Positions 50,444 to 60,476 are shown, counted from the stretch's first letter. The stretch is DNA of 64,000 nt from Gammaproteobacteria bacterium (GCA_963422205.2 CAXMWX010000001.1:288001-352000); one strand, 5' to 3'. Notes: generated by a model not told the origin, from the letters alone. Program-made: numbers and translations.

Positions 50444-51175
50444 TCAGGAACAGGCCGGGGCAAACAGGCGCCGGGCGGCGGCCAGGTCATCCGGGAAGTC
50501 TATCTCGCACCAGCGCTTGCCATCGATAGCACAGGGGCTGACATGCCCGTCCCCGGCCAGGGTATTGATGACGGATAAAAACCAGGCGCCAAGGCCCTGG
50601 CCTGATTTCATCTCCCCCTCCAGCCCCTGCTTGAATAGATCGCCGCCGGCATGTCTGAAATACAGCAGGCCGATGGACTCGGCATGGGTCTGGTCTGGTG
50701 GCAGGTGTTTACTGACGGCATGGATGCGCCCGGCCTGTAATTCGACCTTCATGTCATCTGCATCATACTGCGCCTTCACATCGGTGGCCAGGGTGATGTT
50801 CGCCGCCGGTGAGTGCAGCAGCGTATCCAGCAGGGCGGACTCAAACAAGGTATCGCCATTGATGATGAGGAAATCGTCCTGCATGGCAGCCCGTGCCATC
50901 CAGCAACTGGCCAGGTTATCGGCCACCTCATAAAACGGGTTATGGATGATGTGAATATTGGCGCTGGGGAAAACCGTGGCGATGTGAGAACGGACACTGT
51001 CCACATTGTAGCCGGCCACCACGTGGATCGGGCCGATGCCCGCTTGCATCAGGGTGCTTATCTGCCATGCCAGGATGGATTGATTGCCCACCTCAAGCAG
51101 GCATTTGGGGCACTCTTCGGTTAGTGGCAGCAGCCGCCGACCCTGGCCGGCACTCAGGATGATTGCCGTTATCAT
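50444..51175 (-). CDS. Cytidylyltransferase family protein (LicC/CpgD-like)
   Basis: Motifs ILSAGQGRRLLPLT..PKCLL, NPFY..DNLASCW, NGDTLF, DDMKV and WCEIDF..D. Confidence 0.85.
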   Translation of the reverse strand: MITAIILSAGQGRRLLPLTEECPKCLLEVGNQSILAWQISTLMQAGIGPIHVVAGYNVDSVRSHIATVFPSANIHIIHNPFYEVADNLASCWMARAAMQDDFLIINGDTLFESALLDTLLHSPAANITLATDVKAQYDADDMKVELQAGRIHAVSKHLPPDQTHAESIGLLYFRHAGGDLFKQGLEGEMKSGQGLGAWFLSVINTLAGDGHVSPCAIDGKRWCEIDFPDDLAAARRLFAPACS

Positions 51176-51307
51176 GGGGTTATCATGGGGCTGGCATCGT
51201 ATGAGGCGGCATTGGCTGGTATGATGCCGTTCCGGTAAACTGACTCATGCTGAAATATCATACAGTAGCCTGCACGCAGACGCATCAGTCTGCATGATCC
51301 TGTCATA

Positions 51308-52387
51308 TTGCAGATGATATCCACCCTGGAACGTTATATCAGTTATGAAGTGCTGAAGCCGATGGCGGTGGTGTTGTTGATCTTTGCCACGCTGTTTGCC
51401 TGTTTCAGCAGCGCCCGCTATCTGGCCGAGGCCGTGACCGAGACGCTGGGCCTGTATTACCTGCTGGAGTTGATCTTTCTCAAGACGTTTATTGCGCTGG
51501 AGGTGTTGACCCCGGTGGCATTGTATGTGGCGGTCATCATTGGCCTTGGCAGATTACACCGGGATCAGGAGATCATCGCCATGCGTGCCTCTGGCCTCAG
51601 TAATCGCCATATCATCCGGGCCGTGCTGTTGATCGCCGTGCCGACGGCCATTGCCGTGGGCCTGCTCTCTGTGGCTGGCCGGCCTTGGGCCTATGAGCGC
51701 AGCTACTGGCTGGATGCCCAGGCGAATGCAGATTTAAACACCGACCGCTTTCAGGCCGGGCGCTTCTACGGCAATGAGGATGCTGAACGGGTCATTTATA
51801 TCGGGCAAAAAGACCCGGACACGGGCGTGATGAGGCAGATTTTTCATTATGTGAGACGACCGGACAGCAGCGAGATCACGATGGCGAGCAGGGCAACCCG
51901 TTCACAGGTGCCGCCCGATGCAGCACCAGCGCTTAACCTGTTTCAGGGCTATGTGTACAGACTGCACCATAGCGATGCTGTGGATGAGGTGACTCAGTAC
52001 GACACGCTGGTGAGAAACCCCGACCCACAGGCCGAGGCGGTCGGCTATAAGCGCAAGGCCGCCAGCACCTTGGCACTCAGCCAGTCAGCAGAACCCACCG
52101 ATATCGCCGAGTTGCAATGGCGTTTGTCCCGGCCATTGGTGACCATCCTGCTGGCGCTGATCGCCATACCATTAAGCCGCAACTCGCCCCGGCAGGGCAA
52201 GAACGAAAGAGCGTTTATCGCCGCCTTTGTGTTTGCCGTGTATTATAACTTGAGTGGGGTTGCCAGAACCTGGGTTGAGCAGGGGCTGGTGGCGCAATTT
52301 CCGGGGATTTGGTGGTTGCATGCCCTGATGCTGGTGCTGCTGGTCATCATCTTTGCGCCGGATCCGCATCGCCGGAAGGTGTCATGA
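51308..52387 (+). CDS. lptF: LptF-family permease (second, sphingolipid-cluster copy)
   Basis: YjgP/YjgQ motifs LGRLHRDQEI.AM.ASG and AELQWRLS.P. Confidence 0.85.
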   Translation: MQMISTLERYISYEVLKPMAVVLLIFATLFACFSSARYLAEAVTETLGLYYLLELIFLKTFIALEVLTPVALYVAVIIGLGRLHRDQEIIAMRASGLSNRHIIRAVLLIAVPTAIAVGLLSVAGRPWAYERSYWLDAQANADLNTDRFQAGRFYGNEDAERVIYIGQKDPDTGVMRQIFHYVRRPDSSEITMASRATRSQVPPDAAPALNLFQGYVYRLHHSDAVDEVTQYDTLVRNPDPQAEAVGYKRKAASTLALSQSAEPTDIAELQWRLSRPLVTILLALIAIPLSRNSPRQGKNERAFIAAFVFAVYYNLSGVARTWVEQGLVAQFPGIWWLHALMLVLLVIIFAPDPHRRKVS

Positions 52388-53448
52388 TCCTGCTGGATAA
52401 GTATCTGGCCCGGCAGATCATGATCGGTATTTTAATTGCCGCTGCCGTCCTGCTGCCCTTGTTCAGCTTTCTTGATCTGGTGGAACAACTGGATGATGTC
52501 GGGCAGGGGTTTTATAGCGTACAGGATGCGTTTTATTTCACTGCCCTGATGCTGCCCCGGCGCCTGCTTCAGCTCATGCCGTTTATTGCGCTGATAGGCC
52601 ATGTCATTGCCCTTGGCAGGCTGGCGGTGCATTCAGAAATTATCTGTATGCGTGCCGCTGGTCTGTCGCCGCTTGAGATCAGCAAAACCCCGTTGCGTAT
52701 CGCCATCTGCCTGCTGGTTGCCATGGCGGTGTTGGAGCAATACATCGCCCCGGTGCTGGAGCAAAAAGCCCATGCACATCGCTCTGCCGCCCTGGCTTAC
52801 AGCACGCAACTGAGCGAGGACTTGGGCCTGTGGTCACGTGATGCAGCGCATATTCTGCGTATTGGCGATCGAATACACTCGGCCTTGATGCGGGATATCG
52901 AGATCTTCAACCTGGATGAGGCTGGGTTTCTGCTGGCGTATATCCATGCTGGCGAAGCCGAGGTGGTCGATGATCGGCTGTGGCGCTTGCATGATGTCAC
53001 CCGCAAGCGGTTCAACGGCTTGCAGACTGTCACGGAAGGCATTGAGGCGATGGACTGGCAGCCGTTTCTCAATCCTGAGCAGATCACCACCTTGACCCTG
53101 CCGGTTGGCAGCTTGTCACCGCTGGATTTGCATCAGTATATCGCTTACTTAAAACAAACCGGGCAAACCTCCGCAGCTTATGAGCTGGCACTGTGGCGCA
53201 AGCCCGGCAGCGGGCTGATCACGATTGCCATGGTCTTGTTGTCTGTGCCGTTTGTCCTGGGCTCGATACGTTCGGGCCTGGCGAGTAAGCTGGTGCTGGC
53301 CGGCATGACCGGCGTTTGTGTCTATCTGTTTGATCAGATCATCTCCAACCTGGGGTTGTTGCTGAATCTTAATCTGGTGGTTGTTGCCCTGGCACCGGGT
53401 GTGTTGTTGATCTGGTGTGCATACCTGTGGCTGGCGAGGGTGAAGTGA
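52384..53448 (+). CDS. lptG: LptG-family permease (second, sphingolipid-cluster copy)
   Basis: Motifs LDKYL, LGRLA.HSEI..MRAAG.S and YELALWRK. ATGA overlap with lptF. Confidence 0.85.
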   Translation: MILLDKYLARQIMIGILIAAAVLLPLFSFLDLVEQLDDVGQGFYSVQDAFYFTALMLPRRLLQLMPFIALIGHVIALGRLAVHSEIICMRAAGLSPLEISKTPLRIAICLLVAMAVLEQYIAPVLEQKAHAHRSAALAYSTQLSEDLGLWSRDAAHILRIGDRIHSALMRDIEIFNLDEAGFLLAYIHAGEAEVVDDRLWRLHDVTRKRFNGLQTVTEGIEAMDWQPFLNPEQITTLTLPVGSLSPLDLHQYIAYLKQTGQTSAAYELALWRKPGSGLITIAMVLLSVPFVLGSIRSGLASKLVLAGMTGVCVYLFDQIISNLGLLLNLNLVVVALAPGVLLIWCAYLWLARVK

Positions 53449-53467
53449 AACCCACTTGCCATCGGTG

Positions 53468-54400
53468 TCAGGCAGCCCGACCCTGGCTGAGGATATAGCG
53501 GCACTGGGCTGTCGTTTTTACAGCATAGCCGGTGATATCCAGCGATAAGGACTGCCTTTGGATCTGCCAGCCCGGTTCAGGCTCTTCTTTAATTGATGTA
53601 ATCTCATACAGGTTATAACCGGCGCCGGGGTGGGTCTGTGTCGGCAGCGCCGAGGCCGAGGGCACGCCCAGCACGGGGATGTTATTCGTCCCGGCGGCGA
53701 TGAAGTTCTCCACATGTTTATGCCCATGACCGTGCAGTATCAACTCTGCCCCCTGTTGCTGGATGGTGCTGATGAATTTTTTCTCATCCACCAGCCGCTT
53801 GCGCCTTTTATAGGTGCCGGGCACCGGCCCGTGGTGCAATACAAGCAGGCGAAACAAGCCTTGTGCCCTGGTCTCTTCCAGTAGCCCGATTAGCCTGTTG
53901 CGCTGTTGTGTGCCTATCCGGCCGGTCGCCAGGAAGGGGGCGGTCGGCACGGCGGTATTGATGCCGATAACCGCCAGCTGGTTTTTAATGTAAGCAGAGG
54001 GGAAGCGGTGTTCACCGCCTCCGCCGGTATCAGGATAGAACGGTCGCCACAGCGCCCGGGCAGACTCGATCGCCCCGGCATCCCTGGCTGGAACATAGCA
54101 ATCATGATTGCCCGGCACCAACAGGATGGTCATATCCCTGGCGGCGGCATGCAGCCAGGCGTGTGCCTGCCGGTATTCCTGCACGCTGCCTGTGTGCGTC
54201 AGATCGCCGGCGATGATTAACAGATCGGGGGCATCCCGGCGGATGCACGCCAGCAGGGAATCCAGAATCTCGCGCCTGTGTATAAAACGGCGCCTATACC
54301 GCCAGGACAGATACCCCAGCAGCCGTTTACTGCATAACGCTGGCCAGCGAAGATGCGCCAGCGAAGTCAGGTGCAGATCGGCAATGTGAGCGATCTTCAA
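53468..54400 (-). CDS. Calcineurin-like metallophosphoesterase
   Basis: Motifs HIADLH, AGDLT, PGNHD, HH.P and LHGHGH. Confidence 0.9.
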   Translation of the reverse strand: MKIAHIADLHLTSLAHLRWPALCSKRLLGYLSWRYRRRFIHRREILDSLLACIRRDAPDLLIIAGDLTHTGSVQEYRQAHAWLHAAARDMTILLVPGNHDCYVPARDAGAIESARALWRPFYPDTGGGGEHRFPSAYIKNQLAVIGINTAVPTAPFLATGRIGTQQRNRLIGLLEETRAQGLFRLLVLHHGPVPGTYKRRKRLVDEKKFISTIQQQGAELILHGHGHKHVENFIAAGTNNIPVLGVPSASALPTQTHPGAGYNLYEITSIKEEPEPGWQIQRQSLSLDITGYAVKTTAQCRYILSQGRAA

Positions 54401-54481
54401 GCGGCTTACCTTTTATAACCGGCTGTAATAAAATACTGGCGTGTCTTCATGCGGGGTGATGTTTCCACAGCCTGACTGCCT

Positions 54482-55765
54482 ATGTCGTTATCAACCAAAG
54501 TGAGATTATTCAGGAAAAAATTATCCGGGGCAAAACCATCCGCAGCGAGCGGTTTGCAGGTTCTGATCACCTCTGAGAGTGATAGTACACTGTGGCAGTT
54601 GAGCGGTCGACAGCGTTTGCAAAAACAATTCACCCGGTTTCCCGAGGTGCGGCTGATCGATACGCCCGCCCAGCGGCAGCCCGGGGCGCCGTTGTTGCTG
54701 ATACGGGGTGACTTCATCTATGTGCAGCAGCTGATTCAGGGGCTGGTGGCCAATACGGTGGCGTGCGTGCTGACGGATAACCGCCAGGGCGAAGCCGTTG
54801 CCATCTGGATGTCATCTCATGCGGCAGCACGGGATGTGACCGGGGATGTGGCCGGGGATGATGCTGTGTCGGCGATGATCGCACGGCTTAACAGCGGCGA
54901 GGTGCCAACCGGTTTTAAGCCGTTGCCGGCACAGGAGTTTGTCGCCCCTTACGATGTCTCGTTACGCAAGCATGAGGCGGTTGAGGTCTACAAAATAGCG
55001 GCGGATAAAAAAGTGCAGTTAGAGAATTTTTTATTCGGCAACGCCTATAAAGGCGTGACGGATTGTATCACCAGGTTTATCTGGCCTTATCCGGCGAGGT
55101 GGGCAACGTACTGGTGTACCACACGGGCGATTACGCCCAATCAGGTGACCTTGTTGAGTTTGCTGCTGGTGATCGCCAGCGGGTTTTTATTCTGGCATGG
55201 CTGGTTTCTGACCGGCCTGCTTTGTGCCTGGGTGATGACGTTTTTGGATACGGTGGATGGCAAGCTGGCACGGGTGACCATCAGCACCTCAAAGACCGGG
55301 CATGTACTGGATCATGGCATGGACATCATCCATCCGCCGCTTTGGTATTATGCCTGGGGTATGGGGCTGGTCGATGCCGGTCTGCCGGATGCTGTGTTTG
55401 TGGTGCTTATGTGGGTTATGCTGCTTGCCTATGTCGGCGGGCGTCTGATTGAAGGCGGCTTTGAGTTGTTCACGCCCATCACGATCTTTACCTGGCGCCG
55501 GTTTGATTCTTATCATCGCCTGGTGACGGCAAGGCGCAACCCCAACCTGGTCTTGTTGACCGGCTTTACCTTGGCCGGCCAACCCGTACAGGGGCTGTAT
55601 GCGGTGGTTGCCTGGCATGTGATCTCCACCGCCGTGCTGGTCGTGCGTACCGGCCAAATCTGGCAGCAGCACAAACAGGGCCAGCCGATGACTTCATGGC
55701 TCATGCACCTGACCTCCGCCGACAAGGACGTGGCCGTGCGCCTGTTTGCCGGTGTGCGGCCCTGA
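54482..55765 (+). CDS. CDP-alcohol phosphatidyltransferase with N-terminal extension (CpgA-like)
   Basis: Motifs YKGVTD, TPNQVT, FLDTVDGKLAR...GHVLDHGMD and TARRNPN. Confidence 0.85.
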   Translation: MSLSTKVRLFRKKLSGAKPSAASGLQVLITSESDSTLWQLSGRQRLQKQFTRFPEVRLIDTPAQRQPGAPLLLIRGDFIYVQQLIQGLVANTVACVLTDNRQGEAVAIWMSSHAAARDVTGDVAGDDAVSAMIARLNSGEVPTGFKPLPAQEFVAPYDVSLRKHEAVEVYKIAADKKVQLENFLFGNAYKGVTDCITRFIWPYPARWATYWCTTRAITPNQVTLLSLLLVIASGFLFWHGWFLTGLLCAWVMTFLDTVDGKLARVTISTSKTGHVLDHGMDIIHPPLWYYAWGMGLVDAGLPDAVFVVLMWVMLLAYVGGRLIEGGFELFTPITIFTWRRFDSYHRLVTARRNPNLVLLTGFTLAGQPVQGLYAVVAWHVISTAVLVVRTGQIWQQHKQGQPMTSWLMHLTSADKDVAVRLFAGVRP

Positions 55766-55786
55766 TACAGTCTTCCTTACGCTGCC

Positions 55787-56743
55787 ATGCAGAACACGTT
55801 TGTTTTATGCAATCCACACAGTGGCCGGGTCAAGAAACAACTGGGCAGGATCCGTGCTTTCACCGCCACATTCCCGCAACTGATCTATGTGGAAGCCAGC
55901 ACATCGGCGGAATTTGAGTTGTTCTTCAAACAACATCTGCTGCATGAGGACAGTTTATTGGTCGTGATCGCTGGCGATGGCACGTTCCATGCCGTTCTGA
56001 CATGGCTGTTTGCTGATCCTCCGGGCCATGCCGGGCCGGTGATCTATCTCATTGCTGGCGGCACAACCAACATGACAGCGGCTGACTTTGGCGTGACCAG
56101 GCCGCCCTACCAGCAGTTGCAACACCTGATGCGGCGACTGGCAGCGATGGATGCGCTGGATGCCCCCTGCATACGGCGGGCATCTCTGCGAGTGCAAAAT
56201 GGCCAGCAAACATTATGCGGCATGTTTCTGGGTACTGGCATGATTGCCGAGGGCGTGAACTATTTTCAGAAAAATCTGCGGGCGATGGGCATCACCGGCA
56301 ACCTCCTGCCGGGCCTGGTGTTGTTGCGTTTTTTGGCATTGTGCCTGTTACGCTCATCCCGCATCCTGCCCGCAGACCCTCATCTGATCATCAAAACAGA
56401 CGGCCACGTCAGATTTCAGGGCCGGGCGGCGCTGACGCTGGTTTCGGTTCTAAACCGGCTGCTGCTGGGGTGTCGTCCGTACTGGGGAGAGGGCGAGGGT
56501 GTACTCCGGCTGACCAACGTCACTGAAGAGATCACGGCAAAGCCAGCCGCCCTGCTGCGCTCCTGTGCTGCGCTCCTGTGCGGGCGTGGAGGAAGGCGGC
56601 CGCCGGATGGTTGCCTGAGTTTTTCCGCAGCGGACATTATCCTTAAATTCAGTGGCGACTTCATCATCGATGGTGAGTTATATGCTGCCGCTTCTGATCT
56701 TGTGATCAGCACGGTTGAGTTCAGGTTATTGATCTGTGACTGA
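55787..56743 (+). CDS. Diacylglycerol/sphingosine kinase-family protein (ceramide kinase CpgB-like)
   Basis: Motifs NPHSG, AGDGT, GGTTNMTA.D and IDGE. Confidence 0.82.
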   Translation: MQNTFVLCNPHSGRVKKQLGRIRAFTATFPQLIYVEASTSAEFELFFKQHLLHEDSLLVVIAGDGTFHAVLTWLFADPPGHAGPVIYLIAGGTTNMTAADFGVTRPPYQQLQHLMRRLAAMDALDAPCIRRASLRVQNGQQTLCGMFLGTGMIAEGVNYFQKNLRAMGITGNLLPGLVLLRFLALCLLRSSRILPADPHLIIKTDGHVRFQGRAALTLVSVLNRLLLGCRPYWGEGEGVLRLTNVTEEITAKPAALLRSCAALLCGRGGRRPPDGCLSFSAADIILKFSGDFIIDGELYAAASDLVISTVEFRLLICD

Positions 56744-57704
56744 GCGAGCAGAGCCCCTGGCCGAGGTGGCGGCCTATCTGACGGCCATCAGTACGCCGCC
56801 GGTAGCAGCAGAAGTCATGACCATCACGGCACGGCTTAAACAGCGTTACGGCGAGAGGGTCCAGGCGGTGTTGCTGTATGGTTCTACCCTGCACCGGCCG
56901 GATGTCAGCGATGCGGTGATTGATCTGTATGTACTGATGGACAGCTACACAGATCTCTATGCCAATCGGCTGCTCGCCTGTGCCAATCAGCTGCTCGCCC
57001 CGAATGTCTTTTATATGCAGACTCAGCACGGGCAAACACAGCACGGGCAGACACTCGTCAGGTGCAAGTATGCGGTGATCTCCTTATCGCAGTTTGCCGA
57101 GGGCTGCCGTCACTGGTTTCATTCGTATCTATGGGGCCGGTTTTGCCAACCGGTCAGGCTGGTCTATGCCGCCTCTGCGGCCGTGCAAACCCGCATCATC
57201 ATGGCATTGGCGCAGAGTTGTTATACACTGCTCAACACTGCCTGTGTCCATCGTCCGGGGGAGATAATACCAGCAGAGGAATTATGGGCGACCGGCCTGT
57301 CGTTATCCTACCGGGCAGAGTTAAGACCAGAGGATGCTGAACGGGCGGCTTTGCTGGTTAAGCGTGATGCCGATCATTACCTGACCTTGACCCGCCTGCT
57401 GTTGCCGCTGCTGATTTCGCAGTATAAAAACACCGCCACCGGGGTGCAGATTGTTGCCGACCGCCAGTCGGTCAACCGGTTATGCGCCCACTGGCGCTGG
57501 CGGCGCTGGCTGGGCCGGTTGTTATCTGTGCTGCGTCTGGTCAAGGCCGCATTCACCTTTAATGACTGTATCGACTATGCAGCCTGGAAGATACAACGGC
57601 ATACCGGCGAGGTGATTGACGTCACACCTAAGTTAAGAAAATATCCGCTGCTGTTTGGCTGGCAGGTGGGCTGGCGTTTGTTAAGACGAGGAGTATTAAA
57701 ATAG
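56736..57704 (+). CDS. Nucleotidyltransferase-fold protein (CpgC-like)
   Basis: Motifs LLYGS...DLYV, PNVFY, WGRFCQP, SYRAELRPE and KAAFTF...DYAAWKI.RH.G. Confidence 0.7.
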   Translation: MTERAEPLAEVAAYLTAISTPPVAAEVMTITARLKQRYGERVQAVLLYGSTLHRPDVSDAVIDLYVLMDSYTDLYANRLLACANQLLAPNVFYMQTQHGQTQHGQTLVRCKYAVISLSQFAEGCRHWFHSYLWGRFCQPVRLVYAASAAVQTRIIMALAQSCYTLLNTACVHRPGEIIPAEELWATGLSLSYRAELRPEDAERAALLVKRDADHYLTLTRLLLPLLISQYKNTATGVQIVADRQSVNRLCAHWRWRRWLGRLLSVLRLVKAAFTFNDCIDYAAWKIQRHTGEVIDVTPKLRKYPLLFGWQVGWRLLRRGVLK

Positions 57705-57705
57705 C

Positions 57706-58470
57706 GTGATGATTGAAACACAGCAACCTGCCGGGGCCGACAGGCCGGTTAAAAAGAAACACCGCATGAGCGTGGCGCTAGGCCTGTGGCTGATCAAAAA
57801 AATTGAGGCCGCATTGATACGTTTCTCCACAGTGGCGGATGCGCCTTTTCTGCCAGCGGCGGATTTTGACTGGGTGGCCTCTCTGGAGCGCAATGCCGGC
57901 CTCATCCGGGCGGAGCTGGACGAATTATTGAAAAAGCCGGAGCGCATCCCCAATTTTCAGGACATCTCCAGGGATCAGAGCAATCTGACCCGGGACGATA
58001 AATGGAAGTCGTTTTTTCTCTACGGCTATGGTTACAAGATGGAGAACAACTGCGCGCTTTGCCCTGAGACAACGGCGATTGTGGAGCAGATTCCGGGCCT
58101 GTTTACCGCGTTCTTCTCCGTCCTCGCCCCCGGCAAACACATCCCCCTGCACCGCGGCCCGTACAAGGGGCTTTTGCGTTGTCATCTTGCCCTGATCGTG
58201 CCACAACCGGCACAGGACTGCTGGATTGAGGTGGGCGGCGAGCGGGCGCACTGGATGGCGAATACCTGCATGGTGTTTGACGATACCTACAAGCATCGGG
58301 TTGAGAACAATACCGATGGCTTACGGGTGGTGTTGTTTTTGGATATTCTGCGGCCATTGCGCCCGCCTGGCGACTGGTTGAACCGGCGGGTGTTGCAACT
58401 GATCCGGCTGTCCCCTTTCATTCAGGATGCCAGGCGTAACCAGATTGCCTGGGAGCGGCGTTATGAATGA
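57706..58470 (+). CDS. Aspartyl/asparaginyl beta-hydroxylase-family dioxygenase (LpxO-like)
   Basis: Motifs CPETT, AFFSVL.PGKHIPLHRGPY.G.LR.HL, FDDTY.H and RVVLFLD. Confidence 0.88.
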   Translation: MMIETQQPAGADRPVKKKHRMSVALGLWLIKKIEAALIRFSTVADAPFLPAADFDWVASLERNAGLIRAELDELLKKPERIPNFQDISRDQSNLTRDDKWKSFFLYGYGYKMENNCALCPETTAIVEQIPGLFTAFFSVLAPGKHIPLHRGPYKGLLRCHLALIVPQPAQDCWIEVGGERAHWMANTCMVFDDTYKHRVENNTDGLRVVLFLDILRPLRPPGDWLNRRVLQLIRLSPFIQDARRNQIAWERRYE

Positions 58471-58612
58471 TCGCTGTCTTACCTTGCCGCTCCGACTCAC
58501 AACGGGCGCCCTCGTTTTTGCCGCCATGCCATCAGCACGGCCCGATGCGACAGTCCTGTATCCGCCGTAGCGCATTGCCCGACAGGATGCGCCGGATCAG
58601 GGGTTCGAACCG

Positions 58613-59551
58613 TCACACCACCGCGGCCATCTGCTGTATGATATGGTTTGCCAGCCGGATTTTATCCTCTGCCTGTTGCATCCGTGTGGGCAGGGCGAGC
58701 GCCTGCACACCTGATTCATACACCGCCGGGATCTCATCCCGGTCGCCCTCATCAATGATCAGGTAATCGACAATATCCTGATAGTGTCGGGCAATCGTGG
58801 CATGCGTGACGGCCAGACCCAGCTCCTGCATTATCTTGGCCGCCGGCCCCTTGACCACACGGCCCTGGATGAGAGGTGAGACGGCAAACACTTTACGCCT
58901 TGCCAGCCGCTGTCTCACACCGGGCAGGGCCAACAGCGGATCGATACTGAGCAGGGGATTGGACGGGCAGATAATCACGGCTGCTGCGCTCGCCAGCGCC
59001 CGGGCAAAGTCCGCCTGTGGTCGTGCCTTATCGCTGTGCCGGAAGCTGATCGAGGTCACCACCGGCTGGCATCCTCGCCGGACAAAATAGTCCTGGAACG
59101 GCAGCGCCCCGGCGGTGGTGTGTACCACAGTCTGCACCGGATCGTTACTCATGGGGACGATGCGATGGGCGATGCCCAGTGCTGTGCTGAGTTCCCGTGT
59201 CACCTCATCCAGGGCGAGCCCCTGCTGCAAGGCCGCCGTGCGTTGTATGTGGGTGGCGAGATCCTTATCGCCGAGGTTAAACCAGGTGGGCGCCCTGAGT
59301 GCCGCCAGCATCTGCATGCACTGCCAGCTTTCACCGGCCATGCCCCAGCCGCGCTGCTGATCGTTAATCCCGGCCAGGGCATACATCACGCTGTCGAGAT
59401 CAGGGCAGATCCGCAGGCCCAAATGGGTAAAATCATCGCCGGTATTGACCACGATCAGCAGCTTATCGGCAGGCAGCACCCGGCTTAGGCCATAGGCCAG
59501 CTTGGCACCGCCCACGCCACCACACAGGCACAGTATGTTCGCTGTCGTCAT
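58613..59551 (-). CDS. cofD: 2-phospho-L-lactate transferase (F420 biosynthesis)
   Basis: Motifs GGVGGAKL, NTGDDF.HLGL.ICPDLD, WFNLGDKDLATH and PSNP.LSIDP. Confidence 0.93.
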   Translation of the reverse strand: MTTANILCLCGGVGGAKLAYGLSRVLPADKLLIVVNTGDDFTHLGLRICPDLDSVMYALAGINDQQRGWGMAGESWQCMQMLAALRAPTWFNLGDKDLATHIQRTAALQQGLALDEVTRELSTALGIAHRIVPMSNDPVQTVVHTTAGALPFQDYFVRRGCQPVVTSISFRHSDKARPQADFARALASAAAVIICPSNPLLSIDPLLALPGVRQRLARRKVFAVSPLIQGRVVKGPAAKIMQELGLAVTHATIARHYQDIVDYLIIDEGDRDEIPAVYESGVQALALPTRMQQAEDKIRLANHIIQQMAAVV

Positions 59552-59552
59552 A

Positions 59553-60335
59553 TCACAAAAACAGATCGTCCTGTGCCGGGCGGATCAGTGTTGCCGCGGT
59601 TTGTGTGGCAGGGGCAATGGCCAGCCCCTGCACCAGCACGGCGGGTATGCCCTCATCCGCCTGCCCCATCACCAGGGAGGCCGCCGCGGCGATCTCATCG
59701 GCGATTCCGGTTTCTGTGTTGATAAGTACATTACCCATCAGATCAGGCTGGCCGGTTTTTTTCAGCAGACAGGTGATGCCGGCGGCGCCAATCGCCATGC
59801 CGGTGGTGCCGGTACGCCAGGCACGGCCAACGCTGTCACTGATGATCACGCCGACTTGTCGCCGCAGTCGGCTGGCAATCCCAGCTTGCAGTTCTCTGGC
59901 GGTTTTATCCGGTGCTTCAGGCAGTAACAAGACCCGCTGCCCGGCCGCATCCTGTTCAATATTGGAATGGTCTATCCCGGCATTGGCATGGACGAAGCCG
60001 AGTTTATGCTGGACGATAATCACCCCGGGCCGACAACGTATCACGCGTTGCGATTGTTGCAGGATCAACTCAACCAGATGCGGATCCTTGCCGCATTTCC
60101 CCGCCAGCCTGCTGGCCTTAGATGAGGGGACGATGTCATGCAGATGGACATAGCGGTTCTCTGCCTTGGAGATGATTTTCTGGGCGATGACCAGGATATC
60201 CTGAGCAACCGCATCATCGCTGGCCGGGATGCGTTGCAATGCGGGCAGAAGTACCTCCACCAGATCATCGCCCGGGCTGACCAGCGGGATGTCGGTTAAG
60301 GGGATAATGCTAAGGGGCGCCGCCATGAGATTCAC
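59553..60335 (-). CDS. cofE: Coenzyme F420-0:L-glutamate ligase
   Basis: Motifs AQKIISKAE, ANAGIDHSN, DSVGRAWR.G and ADEIAAAASLVMG. Confidence 0.93.
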   Translation of the reverse strand: MNLMAAPLSIIPLTDIPLVSPGDDLVEVLLPALQRIPASDDAVAQDILVIAQKIISKAENRYVHLHDIVPSSKASRLAGKCGKDPHLVELILQQSQRVIRCRPGVIIVQHKLGFVHANAGIDHSNIEQDAAGQRVLLLPEAPDKTARELQAGIASRLRRQVGVIISDSVGRAWRTGTTGMAIGAAGITCLLKKTGQPDLMGNVLINTETGIADEIAAAASLVMGQADEGIPAVLVQGLAIAPATQTAATLIRPAQDDLFL

Positions 60336-60476
60336 CGGATGATTATCGTGTGCATGATGTTCGGGCAGCTGCTGCTGAGTCTTTGCATTGTCATGGCAGC
60401 AGTATACTATCTGCCATCGGCCGCATGATTTTCCCCCTGTTTATTTTGCTTGTTTATTTCAGTTTAAGGATACGGC

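Noticed and set aside
51168-51190. 11 bp duplication at the cytidylyltransferase start, and short in-frame duplications near 54835 and 57020
   Set aside because: Ordinary slippage duplications with no evident function.
51268-51296. CCTGCACGCAGAC resembling a type B element
   Set aside because: Lacks the terminal CAGG arm and the consensus hairpin.
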